The position numbers and the translations under genes are program-made. A stretch of 64,000 nucleotides of DNA, from NCBI RefSeq assembly GCF_963921235.1, contig NC_086108.1:44704001-44768000 (forward strand). The letters are read 5' to 3'. Of the stretch, positions 1-13,212 are shown in pieces. The number at the start of each line of letters is the position of its first letter. Position 1 is the first letter of the stretch. The stretch comes from Mobula hypostoma. Lineage: Eukaryota. Below the pieces are notes generated by a model. It saw only the letters and a program-made list of their open reading frames with translations. It searched no databases and was not told the origin of the DNA.

Positions 1-170
1 TGCAGTTGATGTTTCGGGCCAAGACCCTTTAGCAGGAGGGTCCTGCTGAAGGGTTTCGGCCCAAAACATCAACGGTACTTTTTTCCATCGATGCTGCCTG
101 GCCTTCTGAGTTCCTCCAGCATTTTGTGTGTTGCTTGGATTTCTAGCATCTGCAGATTTTCTCTTGTTTG
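1..170. mobile_element. Fold-back Penelope-like (PLE) 3' end element, left arm cut by the window edge, with two degenerate hammerhead motifs head-to-head
   Basis: 1-38 is an imperfect reverse complement of 41-78 (tcCTGCTGAagggtttcggcccAAAAcaTC). The right arm continues with the PLE terminal sequence gatgctgcctggcc...agcatctgcagattttctcttgtttg. Confidence 0.7.
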
Positions 171-547
171 TGATTGTACAGAGCCCCTGTATTTTTAGTG
201 CAGTCCAGTTTATTCTCCAGGTGAGTTCCCAAGTATTTGTAGTCCTGGACTACAAATCAAGTTTTCTTTTTTTTTACTAAGATTCATTGTTGTTCTCTTG
301 TCAGTGATTTTGTTGTCTTTTGTCTTTTTACAATTGTTTTGTTTTCATCGTCAAAGGAGAGTGCATTTGCTGTGTGGTTGAGGAAAAGTTCTTGTTTTAT
401 TTCTTCACCAAATTTGGATACAGGGGAACTGCTGGAGTAATACTTGTTTCCTGAAGGGTAAAAATGTTCTAGTTATGTTATATCCAAATGGTGTGGATAG
501 AAGAATAGCTGGAAAGCAGGAAACAGCACAAGCATAAATGAATCCTT

Positions 548-1144
548 CTCGGCGAAGGGTCTTACCCCGAAACGTCAATTGTGCTTCTTCCTGTGGATGC
601 TGTCTGGCCTGCTGCGTTCCACCAGCATTTTAGAAACATAGAAACATAGAAAATAGGTGCAGGAGTAGGCCATTCGGCCCTTCGAGCCTGCACCGCCATT
701 TATTATGATCATGGCTGATCATCCAACTCAGAACCCAGCCTTCCCTCCATACCCCGTGACCCCTGTAGCCACAAGGGCCATATCTAACTTCCTTTTAAAC
801 ATAGCTAATGAACTGGCCTCAACAGTTTGCTGTGGCAGAGAATTCCACAGATTCACCACTCTCTGTGTGAAGAAGTTTTTCCTAACCTCGGTCCTAAAAG
901 GCTTCCCCTCTATCCTCAAACTGTGACCCCTCGTTCTAGACCTCCCCAACATCGGGAACAATCTTCCCGCATCTAGCCTGTCCAATCCCTTTAGGATCTT
1001 ATACGTTTCAATCAGATCCCCCCTCAATCTTCTAAATTCCAACGAGTACAAGCCCAGTTCATCCAGTCTTTCTTCATATGAAAGACCTGCCATCCCAGTG
1101 TGTGTTGCTTGAATTTCTAGCATCTGCAGATTTCCTCGTGTTTG
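548..1144 (+). mobile_element. PLE 3' terminal fragment split by a CR1 insertion (pieces about 548-630 and 1099-1144)
   Basis: gaagggtcttaccccgaaacgtc...ccagcatttt joins tgtgtgttgcttgaatttctagcatctgcag..., matching the PLE end at 13187-13307. Confidence 0.75.
631..1098 (-). mobile_element. CR1 LINE 3' fragment
   Basis: ORF 728-1123 encodes the CR1 ORF2 C-terminus (LYSLEFRRLRGDLIETYKI...FFTQRVVNLWNSLP), followed by an (agaaacat)n tail. Confidence 0.9.
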
Positions 1145-1206
1145 AATCCCTTTCTGTTTGGTGTTCAGGGCTGGGACCTCACCTTTTTAAAATTTATATT
1201 AATACC

Positions 1207-1520
1207 ATAAGATATAGGAACAGAAGTAGGCCTTTCATCCCATCAAATCTTCTCCGCCATTCAATCATGGGCTGATCCAATTCTTCCAGTCATCCTCACT
1301 CCCCTGCCTTCACTCCATGCCCTTTGATGCCCTGGCTAATCAAGAACCTATCTATCGCTGCCTTAAATACACCCGATGACTTGGCCTCCACAGCTGCTCG
1401 TGGCAACAAATCCACAGATTTACCACCCTGTGACTAAAGTAATTTCTCCGCATCTCAGTTCTAAATGGACATCCTTCAATCCTGAAGTCGTGCCCTCTTG
1501 TCCTAGACTCCCCTACTCCC
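1207..1520 (-). mobile_element. CR1 LINE 3' fragment
   Basis: ORF 1352-1546 contains ESRTRGH...YFSHRVVNLW, with a CR1-type 3' end. Confidence 0.8.
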
Positions 1521-2633
1521 CTAATTAGATATTCCCAATCATCCAATTCCTGTTTCTATATTGTTGATTCAGAATCTAATGCAACAATATATATTATACC
1601 TAGGGCATGATTTTCAATAGATTGTTGGTAAAGCTAATGGAATGAATATGTAAGTAGGGAGATTATACTTCAGCATATGGGGCATTGGTGAAACCTCTGG
1701 AGAATTGTGTACAGTATTGATCTTTTATTTGGGAACAGTGTTTATAAAAACATGTTTAGGTGAGAAGATGCACTGGGCACTAAAGGACAGATTGTCCTAT
1801 AAGACAAAAGGCTGAAAAATGAAATTTGTGTTTGGAGTCTGGAAGAGTGAAAGGGACTTGATTAAAGTACAAAATCTTCAGGGATTTTGTGATAGATATG
1901 GTGAAAATATTTCCTTTCATGGGAGATGCTAAATTGAGAAGTTGCTATTTAAAAATAATGCATTACCCATTTAAGATAATTGAGGCTAGTTGAGAGCCTT
2001 GGAGTGCAAAGGAATGTTGGAAGCCGAGTATTTGAATACTTTGAGGAATGTAGGTAGATTCTTGTTGAGCGAGCATAGTGGTGGAAGGGTTGCCTGCTGG
2101 AATGTAGATTTGAGGTTACAATCCAGTTAGGTTTCATGTTATTAATTAGGTAACAGACAAGGGCTGAGTGGCTGATTTACATATACATATGTGAACAAAT
2201 AAAACTGGAGGATTAAAAGAGGAGGGGAAGAGAGTCCTCTTAATTCGTCTGAAAATCTATGAAATATAAGTTTTGTAACTGGATTTTTTTCACATTGATG
2301 TCATTTGCACAATTTGAATCTAGCTTGGCGCATGACGCATTTAGATGCAAGTGCGATTTGCTTTAAAGTAGGCCTCTAGGAAAAAAATTGGGCAGAAAGA
2401 AAAACCTAGAAAAAGTAAAACAATTTTGTGTTTTGTGCAAACTAAGTTAAAACTAAAAATGATAAACAATCCTAATAATTAGGAGATAAAAGAGTGACTA
2501 CAGAGAGAAAATATAGGGAAAAAATTGATCACTAAAATCGTTAATATTTTTGCTCATCTTTCATATTGGTTTTTATAGTACAAAATTATTTATATTTACT
2601 TTCTATTCCTTTTGCTTTTCTGTTTCCTTTAAG

Positions 2634-2715
2634 TCTGAACCAGATGTGCGATTCATGATTCCACAACTTGAGCTGCAAACAGACTATGTTAAAGAGACAT
2701 CTCAGGCACTCTCAG
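2634..2715 (+). CDS. TMEM59: TMEM59 internal coding exon (upstream exons lie outside the window)
   Basis: Polypyrimidine tract plus AG at 2632-2633 and GTAACC donor at 2716. Encodes SEPDVRFMIPQLELQTDYVKETSQALS; the phase matches the next exon. Confidence 0.8.
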
Positions 2716-3829
2716 GTAACCAGTCCTTAATTTGTGGACTAATGCTTGTACATGATGGGATGTGGAATTTACCATGGCACATTTTTTGGCTACTCAGCCT
2801 GTTAATAAAGCAGGAGTTTAGAATGGTGAAATGTTTCCTGATGATGCTCAAGTCTGATTTGCAAAATTTTTCATTCAAACTCTCATAGTACTTACATATT
2901 TATTAGTGCGTAATATAGATTTTCCTATTTTTTATGTCTGTTATCCTTAATTAATTTGTTTTGCTTGACTAATTGCGAGTATATTATGATCCTGTCCTTT
3001 TCCAGTAACATTGTACATCAGTTGTTTAAGGAGAAATAAGTTTCATCCTATTCAGCCTGCCAATAAAATATTTTTGCTTATTGTTTTTTTCCCTTATTGA
3101 CGTGTTGGATTTAAGTTCTTTAAAGTTTAAAATTCACATCCTTGTTGAAATCCACCTTATTGCCAACACTCTCACCTCAAACTTCAACCCTGCAGCTTTT
3201 TTTCTGAAATTTCCTTCGGCTTATAAATCTTCAAACTGTCATTAAAAATAATTTTGGATTACTTGTTTCCCCCATTTCAGCATCGTGCCTTCTGCTGTCC
3301 ATGTCCATAGCCATATGGTGGAATATGATACCTTATGAACTTTTTCTCCTTAAAACCCATGTTTTTGGTCAATAACTCATAAAATAATCTTGGAGTTCTC
3401 ATTAAATATGAATGCCACTTACTGTGATAGCTTTGAAATGGGGATCCTTTTTCCTAATACACTAAATTCTACACCTTGCATTCGTGTACAGTAGGTGTTG
3501 CTTTTCCAATGCCTAATTACTCCAATCTTTAAAATTCATGAAAAAATAATTTTTCTGTATATTTTTCTATTTAACTTCATCCTCGTTATGTTTGAAACTG
3601 CAATTTTTCAGAATTTTGTCTTGTTCACTCTTGTACTTATGGGATCATCTTCCCTCAGTTTGGCTCACACACTTCATACCACCATCAGAACTTACTAAAA
3701 CAAAGCTATTTGCTTTGTTTTAATGTCTTCAGCCCATGAGAATTAGTTCTGTGAGGTTTATAGTAACAATATTAGTAACAGAACTTGAGGCAGGCCCGTC
3801 TCTAAAATTTCTCTTGCTCTTATCAACAG

Positions 3830-3953
3830 ATCACATATCTAAGGCTCTTTACGATGACACTCGTAAAGCTTTCAGAAGGGAGCCTGGGAGTGGTTTGTAT
3901 TTGAAAGAGGGCCGTGAACAGGAAAATCAGAGTGTCTTGGAATGTTTGTCAAG
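3830..3953 (+). CDS. TMEM59: TMEM59 internal coding exon
   Basis: caacAG acceptor and GTAGAT donor. Encodes (D)HISKALYDD...ENQSVLECLS(R); phases are consistent with both neighbouring exons. Confidence 0.8.
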
Positions 3954-4903
3954 GTAGATATTTTGAAATTTTGACTCCAGGCAGAATATTTATTTGATGC
4001 AGTAAGTTGCAAACTTGTAAGGATGTAGAGTAGTCCAGTTAAAATAATTCTGTAGTTACATACTGGATGATAATGGATTCTCTCATATAAGCAGTTAGAT
4101 AAGTTTTGACTGTATTTCACTAAGATTTCATTTGTATTGTTTGAATGCAGAGTAACATTAACAACTTGTATAGTGATCCCTTCATACAAGGTGCTTCTCA
4201 GACTGGAATTGAGTTAGTTTCAAATGATTTCCTCAGTCCAGAGATGCCAGCACTGATTGTAGCAATGTCCAGCCATCCAGGCTGAGAGGCTTAAAAACCT
4301 GGGTGTTAATTCAGTCCTCCTGCTTAGAACTGCTAAACTGCTTAAAACTCTATCCATTTTGTATAACTAAAACCAGAATATATAAGGTAAAAGTTGCAGA
4401 CAATCAAATAGCAATAGCTTATAAGTTTGGTTAAATTTGAAGTGTTCATTGCAGATGTTCCAGCATTTTAACTTTGCTAAGTAGTGATGTTTAGATTGAC
4501 CTGACTGCAATGGATAGCAAGTTTAACAAGTACATTGAACATTGAGGTATCAAACGTGTGTATTTTATACCACTGCATTTGATCTTGTATATTCTGAGCA
4601 GCACTCGTTGCTGCAGCAGTCATAGGGATAATATTTTCCATTATTTAATGCAGCTGAATTGCTGGTTGTCAGTTCAAATAAATTGCTTGTGCCCCTGTCA
4701 CATTACAAAATGAGCGATTAAAAAAATAATTTGTTTTCCCTTTGATAGGTTGATCTTCACTTATTTTAAACATACCAAGTTCTTGATTTTCCTGAAATCA
4801 ATTAAGTATCAGAACTGGTGATGCAATTTCAAAATCAGATTTAATATCACCAGCATGTGTTATGAAATTTGTTGACTTTGTGTATTTCAGTGATGGTATG
4901 CAG

Positions 4904-7900
4904 TGTAGGGACTCCTCAATTTCTTTAGGCAGAATTCACCCAGACTGTTAAGGGTTAAGTTCGCCATGTATATTACGTTGTACGTTATTACGTTTTGGGG
5001 CAGGTTTTTTTCTTAAATACAACATTGCCATTTGTTTGCTTTTTTGCTTGTACATTAGAAGTAATTACACTTGTCGATTTTTATCGACACTCCTACACTG
5101 GTGACCCTAGTGCTTCTCTGGATGATTCCAGAGTGATTTTGCTCATTTTACAATCATGATTGCAAACGCCGTTGCTCTGAAACTCCCTGAATTCTGGCAA
5201 GAACATGCCGCCATTTGGTTTGCTCAATCAGGGGCCCAGTCCTCAGGGCAGAGATTTTCACAAGACGACATGAAATTGTCGCAGCGTTAGACAGCTCAAC
5301 GGCTACTAGGGTAATGAGCGTTCCACAGCACCCTTCAGAAGTTGTCAGGTACAAGATTCTTAAAGCAACTCCTTCTAGAGACTTGCAAACTTTCCGAGTC
5401 TGAGCGCGCCCATTGGATCCTCTCACTGTCTAGCTTAGGCGACTCCAAGCCTTCGGAGTTGATGGACCACTTGTTGTCCCTCTTTGGTGGACATAAGCCG
5501 TGTTTCATCTTCAGAGAGCTTTTCCTGCAACAACTACCAGGTGAGGTGCGGTCGGCTATGGCTGGCTCTCCCCTCAAAGACCTCTGGGCTCTAGTGAGAG
5601 AGGCAGACAAGGTATTTTCCGTCACCAAGAGGGCCTGTGCGACCTTGTGGCTGGACGACTTCACCGCCTCACTGCCACCTGAACATGAGACAATCGCCGT
5701 GGCTCAACAACGGTCTCCTGCCCTGTGAGGTTTGGGCTGAGAGCTAAGAAGTGCCGCCCACCCTATGGGTTCAAGGAGTTGGAAATCGGAACGACTGGCA
5801 CCCGTTAGCTGCTGTGGGCGGTTTGTTGTTCATTACAAACTCTGTTCCTGGGAGCCATATCCTCTGTGACACGGGCGCTCAGGTGAGCGTCCTGCCCACA
5901 TCTAAATTGGACATACAAACTGGAGAATATGGACCATCTCTCGAGGCTGTGAACTGCAGTGCCATCCGGATTTTTGGTAAGCGGCAGATAGTGTGCTTCG
6001 GCGGGCAGAAGTTATGCTGGAACTTTGTGTTGGCAGTGTCTACACCTCTGCTGGGGGCCAACTTCCTCTGCGCCAACAGCCTTTTCGTTTCAATGCAGAG
6101 ACTTTCTACTCCCTCTCCAGCACACTCAGTGCCACCAGCACTTCAGATTTGTCCAGCACCCTTTCCGCTTCCGCTCCACCACCTTGCTGAGTTCCCAGAC
6201 CTGACAGAGCCCACCTTCACCCCCACCACCGCTGAACATGGAGTGGAGCACCATATCCTCACCACCAGCCCGTCCACTTGCACCTGTGCCAGATGCCTTG
6301 ACCCGGAGAAACCAGCCATCACCAAGGCTGAGTTTGATGCCGTGGAGCGCCTGGGCATTGTCAGGCGTTCCAGCAGTCCCTGGGCTTCCCCTTTGTGCGT
6401 GAAAACCAGGGGGGATGCGGGTGGGTGGCGTTCATGTGACAATTACTACCGCCTCAACAACGCCACAACCCCTGACCGATACCCGATCCTGCACACCTAG
6501 GATTTCTCTGCCTACCTGGCAGAGAAAATTATTGTCTCAAAAGTGGATCTCATTCACAGTTATCACCAGATCCCTGTCTATCCGGCTGACATTCCTAAGA
6601 CTGCTGTTATTACACCATTTGGTTTGTTTGAGTTCCTCCGAATGCCATTCAGGCTGAAGAACGCGGCCCAAACCTTTCAGTGCCTCATGGACAGTGTTCT
6701 CAGGGATTTGCCATTCCTGTTTATTTACCTAGATGACATTTTGGTAGCCAGCTCTTCTAGGGACGAACATCTCTTACACTTGAGAACCCTTTTTGAATGC
6801 TTTAGTCAGCATGGTCTTACTGTCAACCTGGCAAATTGCCAGTTTGGACTGTCCTTGGACACCGTGTCAATGCAGCAAGGACAGTTCCCTTGCTGGCTAA
6901 AGTTGAGGCCATTAAGCGCTTCCCTTGGTCAGTCACCATTAAGGTCCTGCAGGAGTTTTTGGGCATGGTGAACTTCAATCACTGTTTTGTCCCCAAAGTG
7001 GCTCAGCTCATGCACCCACTCTACAGGGCTCTTAGAAACATAGAAAATAGGTGCAGGAGTAGACCATTCGGCCCTTCGAGCCTGCACCGCCATTTATTAT
7101 GATCATGGCTGATCATCCAACTCAGAACCCTGGCCCAGCCTTCCCTCCATACCCCCTGATCCTCGTAGCCACAAGGGCCATATCAAACTCCCTCTTAAAT
7201 ATAGCCAATGAACTCTTAAGGGGCAAAGCGGCCAAGCATGTTGTGAACTGGATGGAGGACAGGTCTAGGGTGTTCCTGTACACTAAGCAGGCATTGTCTA
7301 ATGCAACGCTGCTGGTGCACCCCCTCCCAAACACGTCTGTCTGCATGGTCATCACGCTGCATCAGCAGTTGGTCAACGGCATTTGGCAGCTTCTCTCCTT
7401 TTTTAGGCATCAGCTTCGACCCTGTGAGAGCAAGTACAGCACGTTTGACTGTGAGCTTCTCGGCCTGTACTTGGCTGTGCAGCATTTCCATTTTCCCCTA
7501 GAGGCCCATCCATTTACGGCTTTTGTGGATCATAAGACCCTAACATTCACTATGGCTAAGGTCTCTGAACCTTTGTTTGCTCGACAACAGCGCCATCTTT
7601 CTTTTATTTCGGAGTTCACCACGGACATCCAGCAGGTCACGGAGAAGCATAACCTCGTGGCTGACTGCCTTTCCCAGTCCTTCACTGGTGCTGTCCATTT
7701 GGGTATGGACTACACTCAGATGGCAGCAGGCCAGGATTTGGACCCGAGCGTGCAGGTGCTGCGTTCGCAAGACACGGTTGAAATTGTTGGATGCTGCTTT
7801 CGGTGAGAGCGGCATTTCACTACTGTGTGGTGCGTCAATGGGGCAACCCAGGCTGGTTGTGCAAGCGAGCTCGTGGCAGCGCGTTTCCGATGTGGTCCAT

Positions 7901-9191
7901 GGGCTTTCTCACCCGGGCCGGAGGGCATTGCAGAAACTGGTGACAGAAAAGTTTGTGTGGCATGGGCTTACAAAGAGCGCCAGGGGCTGGGCTAGCGCTT
8001 CTTTGGCATGTCAATGCCCGAAAGTGCATCGACACGCCAAGGCCCCTTTGGCAGTCTCTGAGCGGTGTTTCGACCATGTGAATGTGGATTTGGTTGTCCC
8101 GTTGCCCCCATCCTGCGGGTTTGCTCACCTCCTCACCATCGTTGATAGGACCACACAGTGGCCGAGGCAGTGCCACTGTTGACCATTTCAGCTGCGGAGG
8201 TGGTGCGAGCATTTGTTGGCTCATCGTTCAGCATCCCGTCAGGTATCTCTTCTGACCGAGGGGTGCAGTTTATGTCCAACCTATGGTGTGCAATTGCTTG
8301 TGGTCTGGGGGTCAAACTGCACTGGACCATGGCTTATCACCGTCAGGCCAACAATCTGTGCGAGCGGTTCCACTGTTCAATGAAAGCCGCTCTTCATGTA
8401 TGCCTCAGTGATGGTTGTTAGATGGGAAGACTGCCATGAGTCATGCTGGGCCTAAGAACAACCCCTGGGCAGACCTTCAGTCCTCTTCTGCAGAGCTAGT
8501 TACCAGGCAACTCCTACAGGCGCCGGGAGTTTTTCCCAACATCTGCGGTCCCATGGTCTTCGCAGCAGCGGTTGGCTTTTATGGACAGTGTCAAAACTTT
8601 CGCTCTGGTGCCCATGATGTAGTAAAGCCTAAAGGAGGCAAAATATGTTTGTGCATCATGATGGCCATTGGGGTCCCCTGCGGCTGCCTCATGATGTCTC
8701 GTTCCGCGTGTTGAATGCAGGGGATAAGTGTTTTACGCTGGACTTTGGAGGTATCCAGGATGGTGTTTCTGTGGATCATCTCAAGCCTGCCCATTTGGCC
8801 GTAGACTCTCCAGTGGAAGTGGCACAGTCCCTGCGGATGGGCCAGCCTCCCATCTCCAGACCTTCCGACATTGACTCTTCTTCCTATCCGGCACCTGCCC
8901 ATGAAGGCAGGCGTAGGTTTGGCCGAGCTTTGCGGGCCCCTGCTCGTTTGACTTTGTCTGCTATGGTGAATTCTGCGAGTGTGTGTGTGTAGGGACTCCT
9001 TAATTTCATCAGGCAGAATTCACCCAGACTGTTAAAAAGGTTAAGTTTGCCGTGCACGTTTTGTGTTGTGTTGTACGTTATTATTTTTTGGGGGGGGGGT
9101 GGTTTATACACAGTGTTGCCATTTGCTTTTGGGAATAAGGTGTACATTCGAAGTAATTACACTCGTGTTGATTTTTGTCAACAGTCCTACA
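4904..9191 (+). mobile_element. Decayed full-length Ty3/Gypsy LTR retrotransposon
   Basis: LTRs at 4904-5097 and 8988-9191 (TGTAGG...CCTACA), 4-bp TSD GCAG (4900-4903, 9192-9195) and PBS TGGTGACCC at 5099. Broken gag, protease (LCDTGA), RT (YLDD), RNase H and integrase (SDRGVQF) lie in Gypsy order. Confidence 0.93.
7035..7212 (-). mobile_element. Short CR1 3' end inserted in Gypsy pol
   Basis: Near-identical to about 635-815; flanked by CTCTTA (7029-7034, 7213-7218). Confidence 0.85.
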
Positions 9192-10220
9192 GCAGCAACT
9201 AAGTATGATGAAAATGGGAAATTATATTGGTTTTAAAGATGCAGGTTGTCCCCACACTTTGGCAGGGTTCCGTTCCTGTGAACAGTTCACAAGTCAGTTA
9301 TGCAGCTGGGAAGATCCCTGCAGCAGTCAGCAAATTTATACTATTTGTCTCTCAAACACTTGATCGCGTCTAAGGGCTATGCATAAGCCGGACGTTCGCA
9401 ACTATTTCTGCATTCCTTTGAAATTGTATGTGGTTTCTTCCAGTTACTTTGACTCTTAAAGTTGATAAGTTAACTACATTTAATCTGGCACTAATGCTGC
9501 ACTAAGTCTCGCTTAATTTTGCTGGATTGGAGTTTTAAGAGTTAGAATTGAGGCTGGTACTTATTAAATATGGATCTACCGAGGTCCATTTAATTGGAAG
9601 AATGGTTCAAATTCCTTGTGATGTTAAATATTGAGGCTTATCTGTTACTGCACTTGATTTACTGGGATTGCTTTCTGTTTCTCTTTATGGGAAAGAAGTA
9701 GATGTTAAATTCTTCTATGAGGAGACTGCTGGTATTGCGCTTTTGAATCAGAACTAGTTGGTTAGGTGAGCAGCAAAAACTAGAACATAATGCCCTATGG
9801 GGATTGGGTGGGGTGGGCAGAATTTTGTAAGCATAGAACTAATTACAACATTGTTGAAATGGAGTTTTTTGATTGTTGACTATGTTACGTGAATTTATTT
9901 TGCTTCAAAATTTGTAACAATTTTCTTCTAATAAGCAACAAGTTTTGATTCCATGTGGTATACAAACTTTTACACTCCCATTACGCAAAATCGGACACTG
10001 GGTTGTCGTCCAAGGGAAGGCAAGCAGGATCTGTTAAGGATGTTCTTGAAAAATCATTGGTTAAAAACTTGTGTAGATGCCTGCAGTTGAAATGGTGAAT
10101 GGTGGGAGGATTGACTGAATGAAGAGCGGAAGAAATTTACAGTCCCATTTTCAGTAACCTATAGAAGTGCTAATGATTTGTAACATGCAGGATTACTGGA
10201 CATTAAATGGTTTATTTCAG

Positions 10221-10338
10221 GAATGCAGGGATTCCTCGTTGGATCTTAACTACCACTCTGGTTCTTTCTGTGTTGGTGCTCCTATGGATCTGTTGTGCTA
10301 CTGCTGCTACAGCTGTGGAGCAGCACATTCCAGCAGAG
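10221..10338 (+). CDS. TMEM59: TMEM59 transmembrane exon
   Basis: tttcAG acceptor and GTAAGA donor. Encodes NAGIPRWILTTTLVLSVLVLLWICCATAATAVEQHIPAE, recognisable as the TMEM59 TM segment. Confidence 0.95.
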
Positions 10339-11018
10339 GTAAGACTAACTTTCTAATTCCACCATTTCATGAAAGTACTGTAGCTGCAAATTGAATGTGG
10401 TAAGCTAGAGGTTTACCATTTAAATTGTTTACAAACAACTAGCCAAGGTCTCAAAGTAGTATTTGGAGCCATGTATCTGTTGTTTGTTCATTGGCTTCAC
10501 ATAATGTACATCCATTTACTACCTTCTGTTTCCTTGTCTGTGAATTGTCAAATGTATGAAACATTTACTGCATACTGACTTTACCATCATTGATGCAAGA
10601 GTGTTGTAAAGTTGTAAACTTCCATGTTTTTAAAACGTATGCATTTCTACAATTGTAAAAACTCAATACCGTGTGCCATTCACTTGGTCATAATTACCTG
10701 GTCAAAATCCTGTTGTAACAGTTCTATGGGCACTGATTTCCTTTTATCATATCTTTGAATTTTCAGTTCATACTGGATAGTGAAAGCCTCTAGGGGATTT
10801 ATAATGGGCAATAGCATGGAATTATACTACAAACACACTGGAGAAAATTCAGGGCAGTTCATATCCATTTACATCACTTAGAATGGGCCTCTGCAACAAA
10901 AAGAAAATGCTAGAAACATTCAGCAGGTAAAACACCATGTGTACAAGAAGAATCTGGTAACACACATCAAAGTTGCTGGTGAACGCAGCAGGCCAGGCAG
11001 CATCTGTAGGAAGAGGTG

Positions 11019-11056
11019 CAGTCGACGTTTCAGGCCAAGACCCTTCGTCAGGACTA
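11019..11056 (-). ncRNA. Minimal type I hammerhead ribozyme motif (PLE-borne)
   Basis: Reverse complement reads tagtc CTGACGA agggtcttggcct GAAA cg TC gactg, with an intact core. Confidence 0.75.
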
Positions 11057-13174
11057 ACTGAAGGAAGAGTGAGTAAGGGATTTGAAAGTCGGAGGGGGAG
11101 GGGGGGATCCAAAATGATAGGAGAAGACAGGAGGGGGAGGGATGGAGCCAAGAGCTGGACAGGTGATAGGCAAAAGGGGATACGAGAGGATCATGGGACA
11201 GGAGGTCTGGGAAGAAAGACAAGGGGGGGGGACCCAGAGGATGGGCAAGAGGTATATTCAGAGGGAGAAAAAGGAGAGTGAGAGAAAGAATGTGTGCATA
11301 AAAATAAGTAACAGATGGGGTACGAGGGGGAGGTGGGGCCTTAGCGGAAGTTAGAGAAGTCGATGTTCAGACCATCAGGTTGGAGGCTACCCAGACGGAA
11401 TATAAGGTGTTGTTCCTCCAACCTGAGTGTGGCTTCATCTTTACAGTAGAGGAGGCCGTGTATAGACATGTCAGAATGGGAATGGGATGTGGAATTAAAA
11501 TGTGTGGCCACTGGGAGATCCTGCTTTCTCTGGCGGACAGAGCGTAGATGTTCAGCAAAGCGGTCTCCCAGTCTGCGTCGGGTCTCGCCAATATATAAAA
11601 GGCCACATCGAGAGCACCGGACGCAGTAGATCACCCCAGTCGACTCACAGGTGAAGTGTTGCCTCACCTGGAAGGACTGTTTGGGGCCCTGAATGGTGGT
11701 AAGGGAGGAAGTGTAAGGGCATGTGTAGCACTTGTTCCGCTTACACAGGTAAGTGCCAGGAGGGAGATCAGTGGGGAGGGATGGGGGGGACGAATGGACA
11801 AGGGAGTTGCGTAGGGAGCGATCCCTGCGGAATGCAGAGAGGGGGAGGGAAAGATGTGCTTAGTGGTGGGATCCCGTTGGAGGTGGCGGAAGTTACGGAG
11901 AATAATATGTTGGACCCGGAGGCTGGTGGGGTGGTAGGTGAGGACCAGGGGAACCCTATTCCTAGTGGGGTGGCGGGAGGATGGAGTGAGAGCAGATGTG
12001 TGTGAAATGGGGGAGATGCGTTTGAGAGCAGAGTTGATGGTGGAGGAAGGGAAGCCCCTTTCTTTAAAAAAGGAAGACATCTCCCTCGTCCTAGAAAGAA
12101 AAGCCTCATCCTGAGAGCAGATGCGGCGGAGACGGAGGAATTGCGAGAAGGGGATGGCGTTTTTGCAAGAGACAGGGTGAGAAGAGGAATAGTCCAGATA
12201 GCTGTGAGAGTCAGTAGGCTTATAGTAGACATCAGTGGATAAGCTGTCTCCAGAGACAGGAAGATCTAGAAAGGGGAGGGAGGTGTCGGAAATGGACCAG
12301 GTAAACTTGAGGGCAGGGTGAAAGTTGGAGGCAAAGTTAATAAAGTCAACGAGTTCTGCATGCGTGCAGGAAGCAGCGCCAATGCAGTCGTCGATGTAGC
12401 AAAGGAAAAGTGGGGGACAGATACCAGAATAGGCACGGAACATTGATTGTTCCACAAACCCAACAAAAAGGCAGGCATATCCGTGTAAGCGGAACAAGTG
12501 CTACACATGCCCTTACACTTCCTCCCTTACCACCATTCAGGGCCCCAAACAGTCCTTCCAGGTGAGGCAACACTTCACCTGTGAGTCGACTGGGGTGATC
12601 TACTGCATCCGGTGCTCTCGATGTGGCCTTTTATATATTGGTGAGACCCGACGCAGACTGGGAGACCGCTTTGCTGAACATCTACGCTCTGTCCGCCAGA
12701 GAAAGCAGGATCTCCCAGTGGCCACACATTTTAATTCCACATCCCATTCCCATTCTGACATGTCTATCCACAGCCTCCTCTACTGTAAAGATGAAGCCAC
12801 ACTCAGGTTGGAGGAACAACACCTTATATTCCGTCTGGGTAGCCTCCAACCTGATGGTCTGAACATTGACTTCTCTAACTTCCGCTAAGGCCCCACCTCC
12901 CCCTCGTACCCCATCTGTTACTTATTTTTATGCACACATTCTTTCTCTCACTCTCCTTTTTCTCCCTCTGTCCCTCTGAATATACCTCTTGCCCATCCTC
13001 TGGGTCAACCCCCACTTGTCTTTCTTCCCGGACCTCCTGTCCCATGATCCTCTCGTATCCCCTTTTGCCTATCACCTGTCCAGCTCTCGGCTCTATCCCT
13101 CCCCCTCCTCCTATCATTTTGAATCTCCCCCTCCCCCTCCAACTTTCAAATTCCTTACTCACTCTTCCTTCAGT

Positions 13175-13212
13175 TAGTCCTGACGAAGGGTCTCGGCCTG
13201 AAACGTCGACTG
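13175..13212 (+). ncRNA. Minimal type I hammerhead ribozyme motif (PLE-borne)
   Basis: tagtc CTGACGA agg-gtctcgg-cct GAAA cg TC gactg: stem I tagtc/gactg, palindromic ACGT stem III, predicted cut after C13207. Confidence 0.78.

Noticed and set aside
5072..5089. LTR hairpin with apparently compensatory changes between the two LTRs (tgtcga/tcgaca versus tgttga/tcaaca)
   Set aside because: The changes are exactly those expected from CpG deamination on both strands, so they are not evidence of selection.
11341..11667. Stand-alone GIY-YIG nuclease gene
   Set aside because: It is the C-terminal domain of the single PLE ORF; the apparent start is a GTG after frameshifts in a decayed copy.
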